Shown: one piece after another, positions 51,681-63,644 of the stretch
How positions within the stretch are numbered: the stretch's first letter is position 1
Layout: the number at the start of each line of letters is the position of its first letter
NCBI GenBank assembly: GCA_030264375.1
Contig: JASCQW010000190.1
Location: 102,042,904-102,106,547, forward strand
Direction of reading: 5' to 3'
DNA from: Carcharhinus longimanus
Lineage: Eukaryota
DNA length: 63,644 nucleotides
The notes under the pieces: generated by a model
Seen by the model: only the letters and a program-made list of their open reading frames with translations
What the model was told of the DNA's origin: nothing
Database searches by the model: none
Position numbers and translations under genes: made by a program

Positions 51681-53306
51681 CTTTTTTTTAAATCTGGGGT
51701 ATACTGAATGGCTACATTTAATTGTGCATTACAATTCTTGTACTTGTTTTGGAGGGGATATGTAATTCAGTCCCTGGTCTGTCTATCAATTACAGTTTAT
51801 ACGACGAGTCCAGTGAGCCACTTCTTCACATATATGTCTGGTCTTTCCAAGCAAGGCCGCAGGATGTTATGGTAAACATTTTTAGACTTACAGTACACCT
51901 AAGTGGATATTGTCATCAATAACTACATAACTGGCTCGTTAGTATTGCAACTTGACTGTGCCCCAACAGAATCTGCTCACCTTTTGCTCCCTTTCCCATT
52001 CCTTTTTACTGTTCTAACTCACATCTGGTGTAACGTCAGTAAATGAAGCAGTTTGTTTGTGGAGTCAAGCAATTAGTTAGTTCATTAGTAGTCCATAATC
52101 CTCTCCTTTAGAGTGAGTCAGGCATTCAGCTGCAGTCACCAACCAAGAAGAAACCTCTCAGTACGACGCCCATCGCATTATTGCTGTTGAATGTAAAAAC
52201 CAGCTGAAGAAACCTTACATGGTGAATGAAGATTCCAAATCTGGTGTATCCTGGATCCAATTTGCGGATGCTCAGTCCAAGCGAAAAGAAGTCTCACAGT
52301 TATTGAACATCTCACTGCAAAACATGAGAGCTATCAAAGGATGAAGATTGGCATTACTGCAATGTTTTTATTTAACCTCTGGAGTTTGAGTGGCATTCAC
52401 AGTTGACTATTTCCTGAGAAAGCTTAACCCATCTTGGTTATCCAATTCTTCTTTGCTATGAAGAACTTGGGTGAAGTATTCATTGTAGATTTGTTGTACT
52501 TAATTGCGTGCAGATAGTGGACACAAACTGCTAAGTCACCTCCAGCTATAAGGAGACATAGGTTGGACATGTGAGGGGCTATTCTCTCAGCCTGCTATGC
52601 TGCTCCAATGGTGCAGTGAGCCATGAGACTCAGCGGCAACCCCTGGCATTGTGAAGCAGCAGTGCTAACCATTGTTTTACTGTGCCTTTCCTTTCCATCT
52701 ATAATCAGCATGGTTTATGTTTAAATAGGTGCATTTCTAAGTCCCTGTTAGCATGTGGTCAATTTAAAAAGTACCAGCAGCAAGCCTTTGTGGGTTTAAT
52801 CAAAGAGGATTATTTATTTACACACAAGACCTAAATGCTACACCAGTCACATATTACACACTCCAGAAAGGTACAATTTAAGAAGATAATGTACTTCTAC
52901 AAGTATTAAACCAAAGGAATAATTAACAGTTCATGAGTGAAGAATAATGCTTTTCCACTCTTGCTTTGTAGTTTGGGTAAATTCAGATGGCTGGGATTTT
53001 ATATAAGGGTCATTGCAAGGTTCCTTTAAAAAAAATACTGTTCTGGTAGTCATGAATTCAGACTCTCATGGCTGTTTTATCAAGACATTCAATTTCATTA
53101 CAGGTGAACCCCAAGTTTTGGAATCAGACTGGGTGTCTTTTAGAAGCTGTTCAGTTCTTAAAAAGAAAACGTGGCACAACCTTTCTTTGCAGCTGTTGGT
53201 GTTATTCTGTAGACTGCCCAAGATCAGTCTCTGCCCAACAGAATTTATATTTAATGGCAGGTAAAGAGTGGGGGGAGGGGCTGCGTTGGGAATAACTGGA
53301 CTCCTT

Positions 53307-53455
53307 GGGCCCGATTTTACCTACAAATTGCACCTGTTTTCGAGCAGGAAAACTTGGTAAAGGTGGGTGTGAGGCGAGTAGTGGATCTACACCCGCCTCT
53401 ATGCCCATCCCTCCTTTACCAAGCAGCTAAAATGGCTGCAATCGGCACCAAGTGG
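53307..53455. mobile_element. One-ended fragment of the MITE family at 22394-23376
   Basis: gggcccgattttacc TIR, followed by sequence matching the reverse complement of about 23240-23376. Confidence 0.8.
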
Positions 53456-55324
53456 GTTGTTCAATGACGATTTCTAAGAATGAGGATATACTTGAACTTC
53501 CCAAAAGTGGTTTTAGCAATGGATGGAAGTTCTATTTGAGGTTAAAAAGAAAGATAGCAAAGGACAACAAGTGATTAAAGAAGTAATGGTGGATCCATCA
53601 ATGGATGGAGATCACAGCTGTTGGTTGAACCTGTGACTGTGGGGTTGGTGTAAAAACCAAAATTTCAAAGACTTAAACAAAACAAGATCTTGATTGCCCC
53701 CCAGAAGGGCAGTGAGGTGATAAAGATTGAATGTTAGAAGACTAGAATCAGACTGGTCAACAGCTTCCTAGCCCATTCAGGTACAGTGGTGTAGTAGTGG
53801 AAAGAGGTACTGCAATGCCATGCCTAAGACTCAGTTCCAGAAACCACAGTGCTGGTAAGTACTAGTGGCCCCAGCAATGGGAATGTAGGGGAATTCCCAG
53901 GGTGATCGGAAGTTGTGGGGGGGAACAATCTCACTGGCTGGGAATAGACCAGTGGGGGGAGAGAGGATGGGAGGACTCTAGTCCATGAGAGGAGAATGCC
54001 CCTAATCTGAAGGGGTGATGGGGGTGCGCAATGGGAGTTGCTTCCCCCCCCCCTCAACTTTCCACCCAAGATCAAGGGTGACCAATGTTTCTGTTTCCCA
54101 CATTCAGTTATCAGGCACAAGCCAACATAAAAATTGAAGCTGGTGGGAAAAAGCCCTGAAATGGCCATTAAGAGTAAAATTTCTGGCCTTTAGGTCTGAG
54201 TGACACATATATCTGATGGAATAGCTACTGAATTATAAATTTTGTGAACTTATCTCTTTTTGTTGGAGATCCACTGTCCAATTTTCTGGACAAAGAAACC
54301 CTGTATCTTCTGCTACAAAGACTACCATAAGAACTAAATTTGAATTAAAGATTTGAGTTTTAAGAAATGATCCACACACTTAATTTCCAAAGGAGGCTCC
54401 TCACTTCTGTTGACCAATCTGAGTGAGACATGTTAGATGATTAGACCCTTTATGTTGCCATGCTGGTATTCCCATGACCTCCAAATTCATCAAGCGACAG
54501 CACTATCTAAATATGTCAGAGGACTTGATTCGCCACCACATTTCTCAGATCTTTGCCCATAAAAGACGCAATCCAAATCTAGATAATCTGGGTTTGTCCG
54601 CTGCTCCTAAGTGAGGAAAATTTTGTATGTCTTAATCCTCATTAATAATATCCCTTTATTTTCTCTCAATTCAATACAATCATTTCAACAATGAATTTAA
54701 AGCAATTAACTGGACATTTTGCCTACAGGGTACAATTTGAAAGATGTTGAAAAATGTTGTGTGGAATAATTTGCAAAACATTAGTTTGGATTATCAGTAA
54801 AGGAAGCCATTGACTTGAAAATGAAATGGGAGAGAAGACAGAGTCATATAAAACATGTGAGTTTGTGGTAAATGAGTTAAGAGATTAGCCATTAGTGACT
54901 AGGAAGGAAGACTTAAACTTAACCTACACCCGACAGTAACTTGTTTGGAAATGCCTGGTGCCAGACCTTGTCAAAGTTCTTGGAAATAAGTAATGGCAGA
55001 TAATTCATCAAGCATGCAAAAGGAGTGATCAGAATGAAAACATGGCCAATGAGGCTACCACTGACGTGACAATTCCAAAATCATATTGGTGATCATAAAT
55101 CATGAGCGAGGGCGAAAACCTCTGAAGTCAAAAACCTGGAGGGTTCATTGTCTCAGATGGACAACTTGAATAAAGGCACTGACAATTTCCAATGAGTAGC
55201 TTATCGAGAGGGATATACTGAGTTGTGGGATAATTTGGAGAATAAAAAAAGGATTGTTTTTAAAGTTGACCTGTTTGATATATAGGGACTGAGTCATTTT
55301 GCATAACATTTTTGAGAAAGAGAT

Positions 55325-55660
55325 ATTCTGTCAAAGCTTTTCACCTTGCACTCATTAGAGCAGTTCGCAAGAATACCAATAGTTTGGGGAACAACAATTC
55401 ATACTGCATGAGATGAGAGTACTGATTGGTTGGCAAGTGGACTCTGATCGGTAGAGCTGTAACTGTTGACTGGTTCATTCTCCATGATGAAGCCTTTACC
55501 AATCAGAGTCCATTTGACAATCAATCAATCAACAATCAAAGCTCATGCAGCATAAATTGTTGTTCAATTTAACATTGGAAATCTTGTAAACTGTACTGAA
55601 TGTAAGACAAAAAGCTGTGACAGCATGTGTCTTTTTCTCAGCAATACTCAAGTTCTGTAT
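55325..55660. mobile_element. Fold-back (palindromic) Penelope-derived element
   Basis: Arms at about 55328-55456 and 55494-55622 are imperfect reverse complements. They are related to the termini of 38258-39285. Confidence 0.72.
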
Positions 55661-56003
55661 CATAGAATCATAGAAACCCTACAGTGCAGAAAGAGGCCAT
55701 TTTGCCCATTGAATCTGCACTGACCACAATCCCACCCAGGCCCTACCCATACCCCTACATATTTACCTGCTAATCCCTCTAACCAATGCATCTCAGGATT
55801 CTAAGGGACAATTTTAGCATGGTCAATCAACCTAACCTGCACATCTTTGGACTGTGGGAGGAAACCGGAGCACCCAGAGGAAACCCACGCAGACACGAGG
55901 AGAATGTGCAAACTCAGCACAGACAGTGACCCAAGCCGGGAATCGAACCCAGGTTCCTGGAGCTATGAAGCAGCAGTGCTAACCACTGTGCTACCGTGCT
56001 GCC
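55660..56003 (-). mobile_element. HE1-like V-SINE, full length (HER1-type tail)
   Basis: Well-preserved head, V-domain and (catagaat)n tail. Confidence 0.93.
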
Positions 56004-57643
56004 CAAATGCTTAGCATTTCCTTACAAATGCTGCCAGATCTTCTGAAGTTTTCCAGTATTTTCTCTTTTGGTTCCAGCTTCTTACCAGATCAGTGATGAC
56101 AAGCTAACATCTGTGGCATATTCAGAAAGAGAGATAAAAGTCTGCCAGACTACAAACTGATATCTCTTCCCAGCGCCATTGTCAAATTACTTGAACATAT
56201 TGTTCACCCACATGTCATGGAGCACTTTGAAGCTTACAGTATCCTGGTAGATAGCATGGTTTTTGGTCAAAAAGATCCACTGGAACACAGTTTTACAGAC
56301 CTCCAGTTAACATCCAAAGTGTAGTAAATTTGAAGGCAAATATTTGTGACTACAAGCAATAATTGATTTATTACTCTCTCCTCCCAGTCCCAGGATTTGC
56401 GCCCTTGCTCCCAATTTTCTCGGCTTCCCATGTGATTGGGCTTACCCAATTACACGACCTTCAAAGGATTGCCCCCTTAAAGAGGCCATGTTACATACAA
56501 AGCTCTTGAATTTCTGAGATAAACTTTTAATGTTTAAAAAAAATTCAGTTATAATTTACCAGCGCTTGTTTTGTCCAATCCTGGAGTTCGCAAGTTGTGT
56601 GGGATCTTTATATGGCGAGAGATATAAAAAAAATTGGAACAGTTTCAAGATGTGCACAGTGCTGCACAAATCAGGGTCACATCCTTGATCAAAGGTTTGG
56701 AATGAGAATCACCAGAAAGGAAGGAGAAAAATAACTGACATGTCCTATAAGATATGGAATGGACTGGTGAAAGTGGCAGAAACATAAACCTGATGCTTTC
56801 TGGTAATGACAAAATGTAAACCATCCAAAACACAAACACCATATGTTTCCAAGACTGTATTAACAATCTTTCTTCTGAGTAATAATCCCACAGTGGAACA
56901 AGCTACCAAAGGAAATGGTTACAGCCCCATCACTTGAAATTTACAAGACCCATCTTTAGAATATTCCCATTATAAGTTTTCATTATCAGGACTGCCATGT
57001 TAACGTGCCTGAATTTTATCCATGTAAATATTGGCAGAATAAGGATATTGATTAATGATACTGACACAAGTAAGTACAAAATAAATCGAATGAAATGGTT
57101 GTTTTATTTTGCTTCCCCAAAGACACTTGCACAATGTTTTGGCCCTGCTAATATAATAGTGTGAATATTGCGAATGCACTTTGGCTGACAGTAAGCTGAA
57201 TAGTTGCAAGTATTTAGGTATCAGCTAATGAAGCAGATTTGCTGCTGTTGTCGATATGTGTATTCCTCTATCACCTGTAAAACATTCTGCACATTCAGTT
57301 GCTTTGAATTAAGTCTGACCGCTTCTGAACTTGGAATGTAAACAGATTGGCTTCTGCACTGGCCATAGCATCACCAGGTACTATAATAGAAATAGTTTTC
57401 ATGGTGTTAAAATTTTGCACTATGTATAGCTTCAGTCTGAAGACAGCCAGTCTTACTGCTTGTGATCACTTGGCTGCTTGAGGGACATGTTAACATTGTT
57501 TAATGTTTTGTTGTTCAGGTCAAAATGACCCAAGCTGAGTGTAAAATCTCAGTTGGAGAGTCCGCTTGATTCTGCTTATGCTTTAGAACGACTTACCTGA
57601 TTTTTTTTTTTAAAACAAAAATCTTTTGCTTAGCAGGTACTTT

Positions 57644-57957
57644 CATAGAATTATAAAATCTCTTCAGTGCAGAAGGAGACTCTTTGACCTGTTGAGCCTG
57701 CACCAACAAGAATCCACCCAGGCCCTGTCCTCATAACCCATTGTATTTTCCCTGCTAGTCCCCCTAACTGAGTTAAGGAGCAATTTAGCATGGCCAGTCA
57801 ACCTAACCTGCACACCTTTGTACTGTGGGAAGAAACCGGAGCACCTGGAGGAAGCCCACACAGACAGGAGGAGAATGTGCAAACTCCACACGTGACCCAA
57901 GGCCAAAGCTGAATCCGGATCCTTGGCGCTGAGCAGCAGTAATGCTAACCACAGTGT
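57644..57957 (-). mobile_element. HE1-like V-SINE (HER1-type tail)
   Basis: Same organisation as 55660-56003, more diverged. Confidence 0.88.
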
Positions 57958-58324
57958 GTTTGGATATAGAGCAACTACAGCAATATTATATTTAAGAATA
58001 TTACTGCACTATTTATGCTTAGCACAATCTAGTTTTGAAGTAAATTTACCCACACCATAGTGGTGTAATCTAATGGTGAGCAATCACTATTACAAGAAGG
58101 ACATTAGAACAGTAATAGGCAGCCTAGGTTAGTGAGTGGACCGCCTTCGTCCCAGTGGGCTGCAAGGTTGAAATCGGGCTTGTTCAATAACACTGATCTC
58201 ACAATTAAGATTAAATACATTTAANNNNNNNNNNNNNNNNNNNNNNNNNNNNNNNNNNNNNNNNNNNNNNNNNNNNNNNNNNNNNNNNNNNNNNNNNNNN
58301 NNNNNNNNNNNNNNNNNNNNNNNN

Positions 58325-58493
58325 ACCTGCACATCTTTGGACTGTGGGAGGAAACCGGAGCACCCAGAGGAAACCCACGCAGACACGAGGAGAATGTGCA
58401 ACTCCACACAGACAGTGACCCAAGATGGGAATCAAACCCAGGTCCCTGGAACTGTGAAGCAGCAGTGCTAACCACTGTGCTACCATGCCACCC
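58325..58493 (-). mobile_element. HE1-like V-SINE 5' half; 3' part lost in a gap
   Basis: Near-identical to 55836-56003. Confidence 0.9.
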
Positions 58494-58711
58494 AAAACAT
58501 AAGCTCTGTACAGCCAAATGACTATTAATAACATTATACTGAAGTGCTCTGTTGAGTTACAGCTCACAGTTGATTTTGGATTTATTTTTACATCGCCTGT
58601 TTAGGAAAATAGAATGTCTTGTACACTACCATAAATTTAATGTTTAATTCCATAATTTGGATTCACACTTTTTTTCAGTAAGCCGCAGTAGCTGTTGAAT
58701 GGAGGAAGTTT

Positions 58712-59098
58712 GGAACAAAAGAACGAAAAACAGTGCATTACAGGAACAGGCCCTTCATCCCACCAAGCCTGCACCGACATGACACCTTTCTAAACTAAAG
58801 ACCTTTTGCCTCTATGCGATCTGTATCCCTCTATTCCCTGCCTATTCATCTATCTGTCAAGATGCCTCTTGAACGTTGCTACTATCTCTGCTTCTTCCAC
58901 TTCCTCTGGCAAAGCATTCCAGGCAAGTAAACAACTTGCCTCTCACACCTCTTTTAAATTTTCCCCCATTTACCTTAAACCTATTATCCCCTGCTACTTG
59001 ACATTTCCACCCTAGGGAAAAGATTCTGACTATCCATCCTATCCAGGCTTCTTGTAATTTTGTAAACTTCTATCAGGTCGCCCCTCAGCCTCTGACAT
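58712..59098 (-). mobile_element. CR1 3' fragment
   Basis: Minus strand gives LRGDLIEVYKI at about 59055-59090, plus a CR1 3' UTR and tail. Confidence 0.85.
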
Positions 59099-60857
59099 CT
59101 AGAATTCTTTGATCTCAAATATTTCTCAAGTTCAGATTTGACAATCTCTGCAGTTCAAAGTCCCAATAGCAGCAGAGTTTGTAACAATAGTGTCCATAAA
59201 TTTACAAATCCTGTTGAATTTAAACATTTATGAGAATAATGGAAGCGGTGAACAACCCACCGAGAGGATGATTAGAGGCAGTTGGTTATCCAAACACCAT
59301 TCATCCAAACTGGACAGTTAACTGAAACAGCTGGAGCACTTTGCACCTAGTGTGTGTGATTATTTGGCTGCATATATCAGATCTTAGACAGAATTCATGC
59401 TCATTAATCCATTGAGGCATTAGAATGAACGTACGATTAGCTCTCACAAAGACCACAGTGATAAATGTAGACGAAGGAGACAATTTTGTTCGTCGAGGTT
59501 ATTATTTCACAGGAATAGCCAATCATTCATCATACCACAACTGTTGCATACTGTCACTTAAGTGGTTTTTTGCCACTGCTGCTCTATTCAGAAGACTATC
59601 CGATATATTAACAAAAAAAACGCACATTTGTTCAACCTTCTGGAAACAATATTTTCCCCAAATAATTGATTGGGGATCCTATTTTAATCCTATTATTGAA
59701 TGTATTTTCTTTGATTTCTTTTCTTTAAAAGGACTATTAAGTTTGTAATAATAAGTTGTAATATTAAAACACTGCAGTTTTGTCAAATTTCTCCTTGAGT
59801 ACATAAATATTCCACATTTAGGAACAACTTAAAGGAAGGAATGAGAGACTGTTATATATCTGTGTGCATATTTGAACAGCTTTGTTGAAACATTGGATAT
59901 TGAGCCCAGAGCATAAAAGTGGTATCTGGTGTGATATTGCACCATATGTTAAGAATTGAGAAACCTGGGGGTTACATTGTTATTCATTAGCAGGCTGAAA
60001 GGTCAGACAAACTGCTTGGCTTTTCACTTGCCTGCAGCCCTGCCTTTTTCCCCAGCTAAGTGCTCATGTAGTGTAGTGGATTAACAAAAGTTCCTTTATG
60101 AAGGTTGCAATGCAGGGTATACGATTATGAGTTTGGTTCGAAGTGAACAATAATTAAATTGGTGAATCTGTTATTGAAGGNNNNNNNNNNNNNNNNNNNN
60201 NNNNNNNNNNNNNTTCTCAGTAACATAAATCTATATTTTTTTCAGATTTAGAGATTCTGCTTTCACTGCAGATACTGGACAGGATTTAACAGTGCTGATG
60301 GGCCTGAGTTTGCAGCATCGATTTTTTCTTTGCAACAGATTTGATGGTTCTTGTATACGCCACAGGATAATATTATCTCATGGGGTGGTTTGTCTCGTGT
60401 TCTTCCTGCAGATTGTCAGCCTTGCAAATATCTCATTCTTTTATATGACATTTGGCTTTAATCACAACAGCAGGTCAAAACTTCCATTTGAGGTAGAGAA
60501 TTTTTCTGTGTTTAATTTTCTTGGAATCATCTGCCCTCCGCTCATGAATGAATATATGCTCGTCTCATTTTGTCTGTGGCTGGCGAGGTGGGAGCAAGAT
60601 GGATGCACCTGAATTAAGTTATTAGCAATCCCTGGAAGTCAAAAATAAGAACGTGTAAAGGAGGAAGTTGCCTTGATAAATCTGGCGGTCCCAGCTAAGA
60701 ATCTGCACTGATGGATAAACAATCTCACCTGCTTTCACAACTTGCCTCAAAGTTGTTGATTCCAGATAATGATGTGATCTCTGGTTACTTACGATGTGGA
60801 TTAAGAGTGAATCATAAATATATTATTGAAATCATTCATCACAACGGAAAAAAAGTT

Positions 60858-61232
60858 AAAAGCAAAATACTGCGGATGCTGGAATCTGAAACAAAAACAG
60901 AAAAAGCTGGAAACTTTCAGGANNNNNNNNNNNNNNNNNNNNNNNNNNNNNNNNNNNNNNNNNNNNNNNNNNNNNNNNNNNNNNNNNNNNNNNNNNNNNN
61001 NNNNNNNNNNNNNNNNNNNNNNTATTATTGAAATCATTCATCACAACGGAAAAAAAGTTAAAAGCAAAATACTGCGTATGCTGGAATCTGAAACAAAAAC
61101 AGAAAAAGCTGGAAACTTTCAGGAGGTTTGACAGCATCGGGGGGGGAGAGAATAGAGCCAATGTTTCAATCCTAGATGACCCTTCGGGGGAGAGAATAGA
61201 GCCAACGTTTCGAGCCTAGATGACCATTCGGC
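60858..61232 (-). mobile_element. Penelope-like terminal repeat fragment with a tandemly duplicated hammerhead-like segment
   Basis: Same family as 19120-19335. The unit gggagagaatagagccaa.gtttc...ctagatgacc.ttcgg (about 44 nt) occurs twice in 61144-61231. Confidence 0.65.
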
Positions 61233-61439
61233 AATTGCAATTTCTAAAGCCACAACCCAAGAAGATAATTTTCCTTCTATTATGGATAGAGCATTAACAG
61301 AGAATCTGCAAAGGAAACAGTCTTCGAGTTGCCTCAGTTCAAAAACAATCAGATTTCACATTAAAAATTAGAAAAAGCTATTAGCCACATGCAGCCTCAA
61401 AAAGCTTGTCCCGCCATTCAGAAAATCCTTCTACATCAA

Positions 61440-61803
61440 GGGTGGCAAGGAGACACAGTGGTTGGCACTGTTGCCTCACAGCTCCAGAGAGCCAGGTTCA
61501 ATATCCAGCCTTGGGTCACTGTCTATGTGGAGTTTGAACATTCTCCCTGTGTATCTTTCCTCCAGATGTTCCAGTTTTCTTCCACTGTTGAAAGATGTAC
61601 AGGTTAGATGGATTGGCCATGCTAAATTGCCCCTTAGTGTCCAAAGATTTGTAGGTTAGATGGATTAGTCATGGTAAATGCACAGGTTTATGGTGATGGG
61701 GGGGATGGTGGCCTGGCCCTGGGTAACATACTCTGTTGGAGAGTCGGTGCAGAGTCAATGGACTGACTGGCCTCTCCTGCACTGTAGGGATTCTGTGATT
61801 CGA
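61440..61803 (+). mobile_element. HE1-like V-SINE (HER1-type tail)
   Basis: tRNA head, V-domain and tail ...ggcctctcctgcactgtagggattctgtgattc. Confidence 0.88.
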
Positions 61804-62189
61804 TATCCATTTCCCCCATATCCCAATGTACCTTCATTCCCATTTATGCCTTATGGTTCCCTTCACGTGTAGTGCCAAATACTCTTTTTCAAGACTGGTT
61901 CCCAAGGCAAATACACGCTTCTGAATGAATCTGAGAAAGTATTTCTTGGACTCTGGGCATTATATGTATGAAATAGTTTTGGTCATTGACAGAGGATTTC
62001 TGTGGTAAAATGTTTTGGATATTTCACATATTGAAATAAAAATGGAGGACCTTCATGACCCTGCTTCTGCAATTGGCAATTGGATTAGAACAGAAATTGA
62101 TCCATATTGATACTGGGGAGGGATCTCAAAAGTATTTCAGAGTTCTGTTATCTCTTGTTTTTCAGCTGGGAGATTTGACCCCGTACATT

Positions 62190-62315
62190 GACCAGAACTC
62201 TGCCATCTTGCCCACCATGGAATCAGAGCGAGCGAGGGTCCGACGATGGAAATCTCCATTGACCTCAGACGAGAATTCTCGGTCTCACCTGAACGAGGCC
62301 ATAAAATCTCGCCCC
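62190..62315. mobile_element. Short MITE-like repeat (same family as 29218-29340)
   Basis: Direct similarity to 29218-29340. Confidence 0.7.
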
Positions 62316-62907
62316 TTGTGTCCACTCTCTCAGATATGCACTTTTACAGATATTCTGCTGACTTTTTGGATAAGGATTAGGTGGGCAAAGCTGTGAATTA
62401 TGGTAGGTGTTAACAAAGGTTTTTCAAAACAGCAGATTTGAGCCTGTGTTTGGAGTTTAGTTGTACCAGTGCAGGATTCCAGCTGCTCCTGTCAATCTTT
62501 CTGTGCTCAGTAATGTCACAAAGAAATATTCTTTAAGTAATTAGCAGATTTTTTTAACATTTGTATTTTGGTTAGACATACAGCATTCAACATGGAGTAA
62601 GTAGCCCTTATGCTGTGATATTTCAGCACTGTGATATTTATTTGATTGCCATGATGTGACAGGACTCTCAGTCAATCTTGTATTGAGTTAAACCTTCAAT
62701 ATGTGGAAGTTTTCAGTCCTTCTGAGCTATTTATCTTTATATTGGAATGTTGAAGAATGAGAAATTATGATGTTCTTTTCACTTGCTTTTGGCTTCTTCC
62801 GCAAAGGGTCTCAATACAAAAATATACCTCATAAATCAATGTGTTTTATTTTAGCAATGAAATCATATTTATCTTGATGTTATCATCATCGATAAGAACA
62901 CATAGTG

Positions 62908-63080
62908 GGGTGGGATTATCCAGCCCTTCCCACCAAAGGAATCATCCAATCCCATCAAAGAAGACCCATGCTGTAGTCATCGGAAGACCACTTCAGAAAC
63001 CAATCATGAGCCACAAGAGGAAAACACACTGCACAGGGGGAGCGGGGAAAGAAGGGGGTGCGAACTGGAAGATCCCGCGC
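62908..63080. mobile_element. Short MITE-like element
   Basis: Imperfect terminal inverted repeats gggtgggattatccag and ctggaagatcccgcgc. Confidence 0.55.
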
Positions 63081-63569
63081 ATAAACAGAATCGATTTGTA
63101 AGAAGTTTGAATATTCATTGTTTTAATCTGGAGATTAACCCATTTGTTTTAAATACTAGACAGTGCAATTTAAAATCATGCAATGTGTGTTTGTTCATGA
63201 CTTTTAGCTACATAGGGGGTGATCTTGAGCCCACACTCACCATTCTGTGTGAATGCCGATGAGGACTCAAGACACAGAAGTCACAGATCTCACCAGTGAG
63301 ATTGCGATCTTTGATCTTCCTAATCGACTTAATCAGGTTCATGCCCATAACGGGAGTGAAATTGCTTTACATGCATTTCAATAAATTTTATTCCTGCCCC
63401 TTCACCACGTGTTGACCCATTTGGATATTAACACCACATCAACAGCAGGTTCACCTGGACAGGAACCTGTTGTGGGGGCCTTACCAGGGGCACAAAGTAA
63501 GTATGGCCTCTGGGGTAAAGAGAGAGACATGGCCAGGCAGTGGGCTAGAAGTGCCCCTGCACAAGTTGG

Positions 63570-63644
63570 CACAGTAAGAAGTCTCACAACACCAGGTTAG
63601 AGTCCAACCAGTTTATTTGATAGTAATCTCACAAGCTTTCGGAA
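63570..63644 (-). mobile_element. Penelope-like terminal repeat running off the window edge
   Basis: cacagtaagaagtctcacaacaccaggttagagtccaac matches 34123-34162. Confidence 0.85.

Noticed and set aside
52117-52344. 75-codon stop-free frame with protein-like composition (…YDAHRIIAVECKNQLKKPYMV…)
   Set aside because: No recognisable homology and no clear splice boundaries. Frames this long occur by chance in 63 kb. A blastx search would settle it.
62841-63101. Exon-like ORF ending near gtaag
   Set aside because: Mostly coincides with a MITE-like element with terminal inverted repeats.
1-63644. CRISPR arrays, tRNA/rRNA genes, prokaryotic or viral inserts
   Set aside because: No regularly spaced repeats, no complete cloverleaf (the tRNA-like motifs are SINE heads), and no gene-dense or compositionally foreign block was seen.

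Overview
AT-rich, gappy vertebrate genomic DNA. The repeat set (HE1-like V-SINEs, HER1/CR1-type LINEs, Penelope-like elements, PIF/Harbinger remnants and MITEs) points to a shark or ray. The only host gene sequence I recognise is the first coding exon of PPM1G (PP2C-gamma) on the minus strand at 51273-51383, with a GT donor, a purine-rich 5' leader and local CpG enrichment. I found no further PPM1G exons in the 51 kb downstream, and a 54-nt duplication across the adjacent 100-N gap suggests this exon may have been misassembled into the locus. The rest is nested, decayed transposable elements and unassigned non-coding DNA; almost all supplied ORFs are chance or gap-spanning. I see no convincing new biological system. 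The best second-look items are a family of fold-back Penelope-derived elements carrying decayed hammerhead cores, a Penelope insertion with an apparent 17-bp target-site duplication, V-SINEs with two different 3' tails, and two unexplained hairpin regions. Repeat boundaries were judged by eye and are approximate.
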